From Selaginella moellendorffii (taxonomy: Eukaryota > Plantae > Lycopodiophyta), in the NCBI RefSeq assembly GCF_000143415.4, contig NW_003314273.1, forward strand, positions 816,074 through 880,073: 64,000 bases of DNA. The letters run 5' to 3'. Position 1 is the stretch's first letter. Every line of letters begins with the position of its first letter. Made by a program: the position numbers and the translations under genes. Below are positions 12,360 through 23,155 of this stretch, one piece after another. The notes beneath the pieces were generated by a model. It ran no database searches, was not told the origin of the DNA, and worked only from the letters and a program-made list of their open reading frames with translations.

Positions 12360-13080
12360 CGCGCGCGCGCGAGGGAGAGACGAGCCTTTAGCAGAGCTTT
12401 CTCCAATTCTCATGCAGACAAAATGCCGGGGAGGAAGAAGAGGGGTGCATTCCATCTCACGCGCGCGCGCGGGATCGCGAGGACACATACTCTTGCTCGC
12501 CTCGATCATCAGAGAGATCTATCCAAAATCTAAGAGATCAAGAGTGATCTCTTGGTTGATTTTATTTGTTTGCATCTTCCAAAAGGCTACGAGGAAAAGA
12601 TCCTACAAGCTTTTGGCGCTACTCAAGCTTGGAGCTGTGGTTTTGTTTGTCCTCTTCTTCTTCGCAAGTAGATCGTCGTCAAGCGTGGGAGTATATCAAG
12701 GGAAAAAAATCCCATCCAGTGTATGATTGATTGATTTGGTATTGATGGTTCTGTGCAACCATTGTTTTTGTGCTATCCTCTCTAATCGATCGATCGATCA
12801 GAATAGTTTGCACGCGCCAGGACATTATAGAAATCAATCAAAACCCGACCTTCTAGAAACACCATAGGAATTTGATATATCAAAGGAGAGCGAGAGCTCA
12901 GCTTTAAGTCGCATTCTTTCCACCACCCTTTGCCGCTACAACAAGTTTTCGAAAAGTTGGCGCTCTCAAAGCTTGCAAAAATTAAAGAGAAAGCTTCCGG
13001 GTCAGTTAGTGGCATTCCAGAGCGAGGATCCATCCAACGGCCCCGATGAGTTTCTCTCTCGTAGCTTTGTTCTTCGTCCT

Positions 13081-14028
13081 TTAGTTCTTGGATGGTGAAG
13101 CTCGCTTGAGCATCTTGGCCACGTCTCTGGTTTGCTTGCGGATGATCTGGAGCTGGCTGACGAGCTTGGTTCGATCGGGAGAGCTCTTCTGGGACTCGAC
13201 GTCCTTGGTCATTCGATCGAGCAGCTCGAAGAAATAGCTGCCTTCGTGGAGGTATGCGTGGTTCTCGGAGATAGTTTGCTGCCGCTCGGCCGAGCTGTTG
13301 TCCCTTAGAAGCTGTGACAGCGAAGAAAGGAGAGGTTTAATCCTCGGAACAATGCTCGCTCGGTCGAGAGAAAGTTTAAGAAATCGAGAAACTTTGCTTA
13401 ACTTTGTTGAAGAGCCGGATCTCCGGGCGTAGTGTCTTGTCCTTGGCTGCCATGGCTGCTTTCAAGGCATTCTCGACTTGATTTACCACTTCTACATTGG
13501 CTTCTTTCTTTGCCTGCGAGAAAGAATGGAGAAAACTATGAAGCCATGGCGAGTGAAAGGAAAAACTTTGATCATACCATCGATAGATATGTTGATGCAA
13601 TGTAGAAGAACTCCTCGTTTAAGTTGTCCACGAGTTCTTCCGCTCGCTTCTCTTTCTCGGCCGACTTGAGAATCTCCGCTAGAACCTCGGTTGCCTGGAG
13701 CTGGAATTTTCTCGACTCCTCGATTTTTTTATCTAGAATTGTTCCAACACCAAAAAATCTCACACGAAGAACACTAGGAGGAGGGAGCAACCGAACCTTG
13801 TTGATCCTTCTCGCTCGCCTTGCAGACGCCGCAATAGCGCTTGCTGGATCGCTGCTGGATCGCCCCGACACGAACAACCGAAGGGATTCCTGAAATCCAA
13901 TCATCCATCAGTGGAAATCGCAATGCAGGAAGCTACGACGGGACGATCTCACCAGGAGGAGGAAATCGAGGAGGAAATGGAGTTGGAGCTGCGGCGAAAT
14001 CCGGCACTGCCACTCCCGCCCGCGCCAT
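13081..14028 (-). CDS. Uncharacterised protein, probably plastid-targeted, 5 predicted exons
   Basis: GT-AG splicing assembles MARAGVAVPDF...LNEEFFYIASTYLSMAKKEANVEV...KDKTLRPEIRLFNKLL...SPSKN* without stops; transit-like N-terminus. Confidence 0.7.
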
Positions 14029-14082
14029 CGCGTTATCCAAAATCCCAGCAGCTATGGTGGCATTTTTAGGGTTCTTCGCCAC

Positions 14083-14559
14083 ATGGAGTCCGCGATTTCC
14101 CGCTCGCTCCAATCGCTGCCAATCTCCAGCAATCGCTTCAAGCTCTCGAATCCCCGCGGCATTCGCTCTACCAGATTGAGCAAGGCGCCGGCGGCAGCTA
14201 ACAATCCCGAGACTTTCCTGTCCGCGGAAGAGGCCGGATTGATCGAAATGTCGGGGCTGGGCATTCACGAGCGCTTCCTCGCTCGCCTCACGGTAAATTC
14301 TCCCTTTCTCCTCCCTGCGCGCGTTCTTGGCGAGGGAAAATCTCGCGATCTTTCATCCTCTCTACCTTCCATGACTGGGCCTATCATGTTTTGCAAGGTT
14401 TCTTCGTTGAATTTGCTCAAGGTGATAGCCAAACAAGAAGGGCGATCGATGGAGAGCCTCAACGCGGGAATTATCTGCGACTGGTTTGTCAAAGACAAAG
14501 CCAAAGGGATGGAATCCGCCACCCTCAAGTGGGGGGAAGAGGAAGACGCTCTGCCCTAG
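14083..14559 (+). CDS. Small conserved putative chloroplast protein (one intron, ~14293-14397)
   Basis: S/R-rich transit-like N-terminus. Core FLSAEEAGLIEMSGLGIHERFLARLT/VSSLNLLKVIA...ICDWFVKDK...LKW resembles a plant/cyanobacterial unknown-function family (from memory). Confidence 0.75.
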   Translation: MESAISRSLQSLPISSNRFKLSNPRGIRSTRLSKAPAAANNPETFLSAEEAGLIEMSGLGIHERFLARLTVNSPFLLPARVLGEGKSRDLSSSLPSMTGPIMFCKVSSLNLLKVIAKQEGRSMESLNAGIICDWFVKDKAKGMESATLKWGEEEDALP

Positions 14560-15780
14560 ACCGAGGATTCTACCACCTTCCAGAAAACTTTCATGCAAAA
14601 GGTGGAATTGCAGAATATGATGACTTTGCTGCCACCGCCGATGCATGCAAACTTTGCAAAGGTGGTGGAATTTAGAGTTTTGCAGAGCCTTGAATGCAGT
14701 GTCGGCGTACAAATATGATGAACTTCCCAAACCTTGATTTGCGTCAGATATAATCATACCTAGGTAAAGATTTACGACAACGAAACACACACTTCCCTGT
14801 TGCAGTCTGCAGAGCTTCTCACGGGTGTTTCAGTGATCTCACCCAAAAAAAGAGGTAGAAAAAAAAAAGAAAAAAACTACCCGACGCTACGAGACGGTCA
14901 TGAGCGAGATGTGTGTGTGTGTGCGAGTGAGCTGGCGGCAATTCTTACCACCCGCATTTACTCCACTGGAGATCCGCACAGTCGATCGAATATCACGATC
15001 ATCTCTCTCTCGATCGATCGACGGGCGTTCCTTTCACGATCGTGATCACTCACGACCTCCAAAGCTTTGAAACACCTCCAAGAAGTTTACCAAATCACGG
15101 TGGATTATGCTACTACCGCGAAGTTACCATGTTGTCACTGGCACCGCCAGCCGTGGCAAGGGTCAAAAGGGCAAAAGAGCTTAAAGAACTTATCAAATTG
15201 TGTGCATCGGAATGTCAAAGCTTGTATGAAATCAAAACCGTGGAGTTTTGATCAAAAAGGGCGAGCCCTGTGTTTTTATTCCCGTTATATGTGAGTCCAG
15301 GCAGACCAGACCAGCTATGTGCCAGGCAGCACTGCGCATTTAACTTTCCGACGCGTAGCGATGTGTGTTTTAGTCGTAGATTCGCCCAAGATTCGACGCC
15401 GATTCCCTGCTCCTTGAATTCGATCCAATCCCGAGAGTTTCGAGTTTTTTTGGTTGGAGAGGTGAGAAACGCGTCTGGCAAGCAACCGCGAAGTTACCCG
15501 CCGGGGGGACGAAGTAAAGAAGGTTAAATGAGAAAGAATTTTTTTTACCCTCTGGTAAAGGCCTGTGCTGTGTCTTGGACGTGTATTTAATGAGCTCACA
15601 GGTTTGCTTGTTCTTCGAAAACCTGTGCTACATTGTGGCAGGAGGAGGAGTGAACGAAAGCCCACAGCAAGCTTTCATTCCCTTCTTTCTCTGTGTGTGT
15701 TTGGGATCTCTCCGCTCCTTCATCTGTTTCTTAGACTTGTTGTTCTTGAGGAAGATCTCTGCAAGTTTAAGTTTTCGATC

Positions 15781-17400
15781 ATGGGCTCCAAGGCAATAGC
15801 AGCGATGGCGGTGCTCTTGGCCTCGATGCTACTCACGACCTTCGCGGCCGATGAGCTCTCGACCACCATCGCAGGGAGAGTCTTTTGCGACCAATGCATC
15901 GAGGGCCGCTTCACGAAGTTCGGCTCTTTCCTCCAAGGTAGTATATTTCATCACGTATGATCTCCCGGGCTCTAAATCTCTGCTCTTCTGTGCAATGTAG
16001 GTGCCAGAGTTGCCGTCGACTGCAAAGATCGCTCCTCCGCCATTGAGGCCACCACGAACGCCGCGGGATTCTTCAGCGTTGCGGTGCCCGGCTCCGCCGC
16101 GCTTTGCTCCGTGAGGGTCATTAGCAGTCCGCTCGAGGCCTGCGCCATCGCCGCGCACACCGAGGAGGAGCTCATTCAGCTGGGCGGGAATAGTCTCGGC
16201 ACTACCCAATCGCGGATCAAGTACACGGGGCCCTTCAGCTTCAGGCCCGAGCAGCCGCTGGATTTCTGCACCAAATTCTCGCCCACGTCTCGCCGGCTGT
16301 CCGAAGTCCGCCCCGCAACTTACTACGACGCGCCGGTAACTTCGCCATCCCCAGTCTACAAGAGTCCGTCTCCCTCGCCGGTATATTCCTCGCCATCCCC
16401 GGTGTACAAGAGCCCGTCTCCCTCGCCGGTGTATTCCTCGCCATCGCCGGTGTACAAGAGCCCGTCACCAGTCTACAAGAGCCCATCGCCGGTGTATTCT
16501 TCACCATCTCCCGTTTACAAATCTCCATCTCCAGTCTACAAGAGCCCATCGCCGGTATATTCATCGCCATCTCCAGTCTACAAGAGCCCATCTCCATCGC
16601 CAGTATATTCCTCGCCATCCCCGGTCTACAAGAGCCCGTCACCGGTGTACTCGTCTCCTTCACCAGTTTACAAGAGCCCGTCACCGGTGTACTCGTCTCC
16701 TTCACCAGTTTACAAGAGCCCGTCTCCGGTATACTCGTCCCCGTCACCAGTCTACAAGAGCCCGTCGCCTGTGTACTCGTCCCCGTCACCAGTGTACAAG
16801 AGCCCATCGCCGGTGTATTCCTCCCCGTCACCAGTCTACAAGAGCCCATCGCCGGTGTATTCCTCCCCGTCACCAGTCTACAAGAGCCCGTCGCCGGTGT
16901 ATTCCTCCCCGTCACCAGTGTACAAGAGCCCTTCGCCAGTCTACTCATCCCCGTCACCAGTCTACAAGAGTCCGTCACCCAGCCCAGTTTACTCGTCCCC
17001 AGCTCCAGTTGTGATCCCGGCTCCATCCCCGGTCTATAAATCACCCTCGCCATCGCCAGTGTATTCATCACCGTCGCCAGTGTATTCATCGCCATCGCCA
17101 GTGTATAAAAGCCCGTCTCCATCGCCAGTCTATTCCTCACCATCCCCGGTTTACAAATCTCCATCTCCGGTTTACTCCTCACCATCCCCGGTTTACAAAT
17201 CTCCATCGCCGGTCTACTCCTCCCCATCCCCGGTCTACAAATCTCCATCGCCGGTCTACTCTTCCCCATCCCCGGTTTACAAATCTCCATCCCCGGTCTA
17301 CTCCTCCCCATCCCCGGTTTACAAGAGTCCATCGCCGTCGCCGGTTTACTCCTCGCCAGCGCCGGTATACAAATCCCCAGTTCCGTCACCTCCATACTGA
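15781..17400 (+). CDS. Secreted Pollen Ole e 1 domain / extensin-like chimeric HRGP (intron 15938-16000)
   Basis: Signal peptide; Ole e 1 pattern GRVFCDQC...GARVAVDC...TNAAGFF...CSVRVISSPLEAC...GPFSF; followed by ~46 SPSPVY(K/S) units. Confidence 0.9.
16339..17397 (+). repeat. Coding tandem repeat of 21/27-bp units encoding SPSPVYK / SPSPVYS
   Basis: Directly visible; synonymous positions vary while the peptide stays nearly invariant. Confidence 0.95.
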
Positions 17401-17965
17401 GGTTAGAAAAAGCCATGCACGTATGGATTCGAAGAAATGCTTGTTGGTGAGAAAATAAGACTAGGTGAGATGTTTCTAGATATATATGTTGTCGTAATCT
17501 TCCAAATGTTATAACATTGGATTTAGTACCTTTGAAATTTGTGAGTGACATTTGTTGGGCCGGACAGGACAATAGACACAGAAAAGGTGGCGGTGGCCAG
17601 GTGATCAGTGTTTCACGAGTTGTGTTTTTGTCTAGAGAATATTAAGACCACGTGAAGCAATGCGCGGCGCCGCGCATTGTAAGAGTTAAAGGGGCAAAAA
17701 GATTTCAAAGTATCAAAGAATGTACCTTGGAAAAAGAATCAACCTTAAGATCCCGAAAATTCCTCTGACCTAGCGCAGAGTGCCCATGTTCGAATCTCGG
17801 CAAACCCAGGGGAAAGATTTTATTTGATCTTAGTATTGTTATCCGGATTCAACGGTCAAGATACAAGGGCATTTCTCTTTTGCAAAATTTTGAAAGTATC
17901 GTCTTCGCCGAGGGAAGGCGATGCCCGAGGCGTCCTCCTACTCCGCCCCCGCCTTGTCCGTGACA

Positions 17966-19872
17966 ATGCGGGAGTTCTCGATCGCCATAGCCGCGCTCTT
18001 GCTGCTCGCGTTGACATTGATGCTGGGAAGGGTCAATGCGCTCGTCGTGCTCATCACCGCCGGGAAGGAGACGCTGCCATTCCCGGACGTGGAGGCGGCT
18101 TTCGGTAAGCGATCGACATTAGGGTTCTTGCTCTGCTTGGCGGTTTGGAGAAGTCTAGTTTTTTTGTCTACCTCCTTGGAATGAGTCAAGAGGCTTGTAA
18201 GTCGGTGGTTGAGCTCGCCTGTGAGAATCATTAAATTTCTTGGTTCTTTGTGTTCGAGCGGAGGTTTTTCTCGTGCCTTTCTTTTTGATTTCCCCAGATT
18301 GTTTGAGCTCGTCATTGTTGGATGAATTCCTTTCGTGCTTTTCTCTTTCTCTGTGTCGAGATGTTTTTTGTGTTTGCAAGGAACTTAATGGTTTTTGTCT
18401 GCGAGGATTCCACGCTTTTGGTCTTTTTGTTGGTGTGTTTGCTATCATTGTTTGCGTTAAGTCGGTGATTGAGCTCGCCTTTGGTTCTTAGTTGGAGCGG
18501 AGATTTTTCTCGTGCATTTGTTTTTCTCCAGACTCATTGAGCTCGTCCCTGTTGGATGAATTCCTTTCGAGATTATGTTTTTGTGTTTGCAAGGAACTTA
18601 ATGGTTTTTGTCTGCGAGGAATCCACGTTTTTGGTTTTTCATGGTGTGCTTGCTGGTGATTGAGCGGATCGTTAAAATTTTAGTTCTTTGTGAGGTTTTT
18701 CTCGTGCATTTTTTTTTCGCAGAGATTAATTCCATTCGTGCGTTTGCCTATCGAGGTTTTCTTTTTTGTGTGCAAGGAAATTATGTTTTTGTGTCCACGT
18801 TTTTTGCTTCGAGGTTTTTTTTCATTCATTGCTTAAATACGACGGACTTTGATCTCAGGTCCCGGAGTTCCGGAAGGTGGTCTTTCCGGAGTTTTGCAAT
18901 TTGTTCACGATGGCTGCGATCCGATGAGCAGTCCTCCATTCTCAAACAACACTTCGTTTCTTCCAATCGCTCTTGCTGCTCGAGGGAAGTGCTTGTTCGA
19001 AGACAAGGTGCTTCACGCGCAAAATGCCGGGTATGCCGCGGTCATCGTTTACAACACTGAAGATTTTCCTTCGCTGGTCACAAGTAAGCTTGCTCATGGG
19101 ATTGCTCTCTTTTATTTCATTCCTTCTCCATTTCCTTTTATTTTTCCAGTGTCGGGAGATCCGCAGGGAATTCGCATTCCCGCTGTTTTCGTCTCCAAAG
19201 CCGCTGGAGAAACGCTACTAAGTTACTACAATCTCAATGGCACGACGTGCTACATTCTTCCCAGCATGGAAAGCTCCGCGCGATCGCTGCTGGCTGCGAC
19301 GCTGGTGCTACTTTTGAGCGGCATGGTTACTTCGCTGCTCCTCTTTTTGATCCGGAGATACAGGCTTAGGACAATCGGCTCGCGAGTTCTCTTCCTACGT
19401 GAATCTCTCGGAATGAACCTCCGAGATTTGAAGCTCCTGCCGACTCTGATCTACCGGGAAAACAGCGTCTCCAGTGAGACGTGTGCGATTTGCTTGGAAG
19501 ATTATATCGCGGACGAGAAGCTGCGAGTTCTTCCTTGCCAACACGGTAAGATCGGATGGTTTTCTTTCATGCTTCTTAAGTTTTGCTCGTCTTCTTTCTC
19601 TTGCAGAGTTCCACGCAACTTGTGTGGATCACTGGCTCACGACGAGACGATCGTTTTGCCCGATTTGCAAGCGCGATGCTCACTCGAGAGTGAATGATCC
19701 CCCAGCGACGGAGAACACTCCACTGCTCGAAGTTCACCGAAGTGACAGAGCAATTTTACCGGAGGTGGTAATTTCTTTGAGAGGCAGTAGCCAAGTTCAC
19801 CACGTCGCCTCCGACACAGCGCTCCAGCTTTTGATGTCCGCCGATAGACAAACACGAGTAGAAAATGTGTAG
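17966..19872 (+). CDS. RMR: RMR-type protein: signal peptide, PA domain, transmembrane segment, RING-H2
   Basis: PA motif [26 protein letters not shown]; [24 protein letters not shown]; RING-H2 CAICLEDY...[16 protein letters not shown]...CPICK. Confidence 0.9.
18199..18810 (+). repeat. Three diverged ~150-260 bp tandem units in RMR intron 1
   Basis: Recurring blocks ggtg(g/a)ttgagc, tttttctcgtgc, tgcaaggaa(c/a)tta and ccacg(c/t)tttt, with units starting near 18199, 18459 and 18655. Confidence 0.8.
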
Positions 19873-19908
19873 AAAACTTTTTACCTTTGCCTGCTAGGGT
19901 TTTTGGGG

Positions 19909-21475
19909 ATGGAGGAGGAGCGCTTCCGCTTGATCCGGAGTGTCGCGCATTCTTGCGATGACGAGGACGGGCTGCGCGCGATCGTCGGTCGCGAGGCCAG
20001 CCCGATCTGCTTCGATTCGTTCGAGCCGCGGCAGCGAATGCCGATTGCGCAGGTAGAAATTTCCATTTGTTTGCCACTCGATCACGAGTTTAGCTGTGGA
20101 ATCTCTCCCCAGGGGCTTTTGAAGACGCTGATTGTCAATCAGCTCGTGGATGCCGGCTGCTCCGTGAAGATTTGGATTGGCGATTGGGTCGCGGAGCAGC
20201 GCTACTGTGTGAAGAACGAGAAGACCAAACTTAGAGCCGCGGGAGAGTATATGATCGAGGTGTGGAGAGCTGCCGGCATGAAAGTCGATCAGGTGGAGTT
20301 TATCTGGGCCTCGGACGTGATCAATGGCCCCAGGACTGCCGAGTACTGGCCTCTCGTCTTGGATGTTGCTCGGCGCTGTGATCTTCCTCGAGTTCTAAGG
20401 TCTGGATTTCTATAGTCATTTTCAGCGTTCTGAAGTATTGTATTGTTTTTGTTTGCTAGTTGCTTGGGACTATCTGAAAACTGGGAGGAGGAAACGATTC
20501 CTTCTTCGGAGCTACTGTACCCATGCATGCAGTGCGCAAGCATGTTTTTAACCAAGGTAGCTTTTAACTCGATTGTGTATACTCGTTCGAGTTTGGAACT
20601 CCTTATTTCTTTAGGCTCACATTTGCTTGCTGGGAGCTGATAAACACAATGTAATCAACATGATTGGGAACTATTGCAATGATTTTGATAAAGAACGCAG
20701 GCCAGTGTTTCTCTCCAATTGTAAGTATCTTGTTTTTATTGTTTTTCCGTTTTCTGCCACTTACAAAGAATTTAGCTATGTTGCCAAGCCTGGAGCGTTT
20801 GCAGAGTCTTGAAGCACAAAAGGAGATGTCAAGGAGCAGCCCAGATTCATGCTTGTTTATGGACGATGAGGAGGTCAGTCGGTATTCAGAGGCATAAAGT
20901 CTAGATAATAAACTCCACGTTTCTGCTTATTTCAGAAGGACGTGAAGAAGAAAATCAACGGAGCCTTCTGTGCCGAAAAGGTTTTAGAGAAAAATCCCTG
21001 CATGGATCTGGCGAAGCTCATCGTCTTCCCGTGGTGCCGAGAGCTAACAATCAAGCCTCGCTCGGATGAGGGAACTAAGTACGCAAAAAGTGTTCTCTTT
21101 TATTTTTTTTCCTGACACAAAGGTGGTTGATGCGTCGCTCACTCGCTTGGTAACTTGTCTCGCAGGACATTCACGTCTGTGGAGGACTTGAGTAGCGATT
21201 ATTCCGCGGGATCTGTTCATCCAGGCGACTTGAAGAATGCACTTACGGAATCAGTGAATAAAATACTGCAGGTTCGTGACATTTTTGAATGCATATGCTG
21301 TCACTTGGTAGCTCAGATGCTTTTATGCGTCACAGCCGATTCGAGATCATTTGAAGGCAAACTCCAAGGCGAAGGAGCTCCTCTTGAAAATGAAGGTATG
21401 CCTGTCGGTTTTGTTTGACTCGCCGTTGGTTTAACATATCTCTATGTCTGCCTGCAGAAGCTAAAACTGACGTAA
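19909..21475 (+). CDS. Cytosolic tyrosyl-tRNA synthetase-like protein with degenerate catalytic motifs
   Basis: Aligns end to end with plant/archaeal-type TyrRS (PICFDSFEP, KIWIGDW, YWPLVLDVAR, YPCMQCAS, FMDDEE, NPC, VHPGDLK); predicted exons splice in frame. HIAQ>PIAQ and KMSKS>EMSRS. Confidence 0.85.
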
Positions 21476-22062
21476 TTTACAGCATCTTATGTTTGTTTTT
21501 GGAGGCAGCAAAAGCGATGGATGCTTGGCTCCTCTTTGATATCAGAAAGAAAAGAAAAAAAGGAACCAAGTTCTCTGGTAAGAACTTTTACCGTTTCTTG
21601 CCTCAGATCTTCCGACCGGCCCCAATGGTTGTCTGACTTTCAAAGCAAGAAGAGCTGGTTAAGGATATATCATGGCAATCATGGGCGATTAATGAGAGGA
21701 ACGATGCTTTCAACTTTCCGCTGGTTTTGGACTGCTTGTTTCAGTGTTTGAGATCGCGGCTTTGCAAGGTCTGTTCAAGCATGACTCAACGATTGCTTTA
21801 TTTCTATCTACTATAGAACTTCCACTTCTACAGCTGGTAAGCTTGCTTCCACTACCGCATTTCTCTGAGCATTTATTCGTTGCAGGCTTAAGCTCTGGGT
21901 CGCTCTTTGTGACTACGAAACCATTAAAACCATCGGAGAGAACGAAAAGTATATAGCTGCCGTACAGGAAATTGGAGTATTTCATAGACATGTGTCCCTG
22001 GAAGCACAAAAGTAGCACGTAAGAGAAGGACGTTTCGTTGTGAAGTTCTCTCTTTTTTAACT

Positions 22063-22535
22063 TGACAGAGGTGGTTAATGCGTCGCTCATTCGCTTGGTA
22101 CCTTGTCTTGCAGGACACTCGATTATTCCGCGGGATCTGTTCATCCAGGCGACTTGAAGAAACCACTTACGGAATCGACGAATTGAAAAAACAAAGTTTA
22201 TATATATACACCCCAGGTTCGTGAACGCTTTGAATGCATATGCAGTCTCACTTGGTAGCTCAGATGCTTTTATGTATGTGGCGTCACAGCCGGTGCGAAC
22301 GCGATGCGAGATCATTTAAAAGCAAACTCCAAGGCCTCATGAAAACGAAGGTATGCCTGTCGCTTTTGTTTGAATCGGTGTCGCTTATCTTGTTTTTAAC
22401 TTTATAAACCCGTGATTTTGTGTTTTTGTGTCTTGGCAGAAACTAAAACTGGCGTGAATCGTGATTCACACCGACTCAAAAACTCATGGCAAGTGCGTGT
22501 GTGGTTTTTACTTTTGGAGGCAGGGAAAGCGATGG
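22063..22535 (+). pseudogene. Partial decayed duplicate of the last exons/introns of the TyrRS-like gene
   Basis: Matches ~21115-21525 (e.g. gattattccgcgggatctgttcatccaggcgacttgaagaa; gaaggtatgcctgtcg) with indels. Confidence 0.85.
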
Positions 22536-23155
22536 ATATCTGGTTTCGCTTAGGTGAGAGCTCTCTCATTAAGCGAGAAAGAGGTGTTCTTATGCGTTTC
22601 CTCGTCTCGCAGGGGTCTCTCTCAGCCGGCATTCAGCGAAAAGAAAAAAACGAGAAATAAAAAACGATGATAGATTCACTCGTTTTGCCCCTCGAGTTTG
22701 ATCATCAATGTTTCGTGTCAGGGAGGTGTCTGGATGGGGCGCTCTATAATTTCATGTCACTGCTGGTGGTAAGTTTCACGTACTCACGAAAAAAAATGGT
22801 TTCTTTTTGTTTTCGATATAATGGTTGTGAGTGACAGGAGATTTGCTCAAAGAGAAGGTTGGTTTTTTTTTATGGCGAGAGATCGTTGACCACACCACCA
22901 ACCGTTCTTTGATGGATTACGTGAGTAATGCGATGCGCGAGCTACGTGAGTGATTGGAAACAATCACACAAGAGATGCACGACTGTGACACTTAGAGCAC
23001 CGAGCAAGGAATGGAGCTAGCTGGCTGAGCTGTGCGGGAATATTCTATTGCCCAATAAACCCTAATAAAATATACCTTGGGTGTTTTTGGGGGTTCTAGG
23101 GTTTCGGGGAGCAAGCTAAGTTTTCTTCCCGGCATTTGCGATAACTCCATCGGAA

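Noticed and set aside
12358-12471. (CG)n tracts after the CLE stop (Z-DNA or hairpin)
   Set aside because: Short low-complexity repeats with no evidence of function.
16241-17572. 443-aa antisense ORF
   Set aside because: Shadow of the extensin repeat; the sense strand has the signal peptide and Ole e 1 domain.
19858-19897. RMR-TyrRS fusion through a tiny intron
   Set aside because: Would need a ~40-nt intron with a weak donor; no support.
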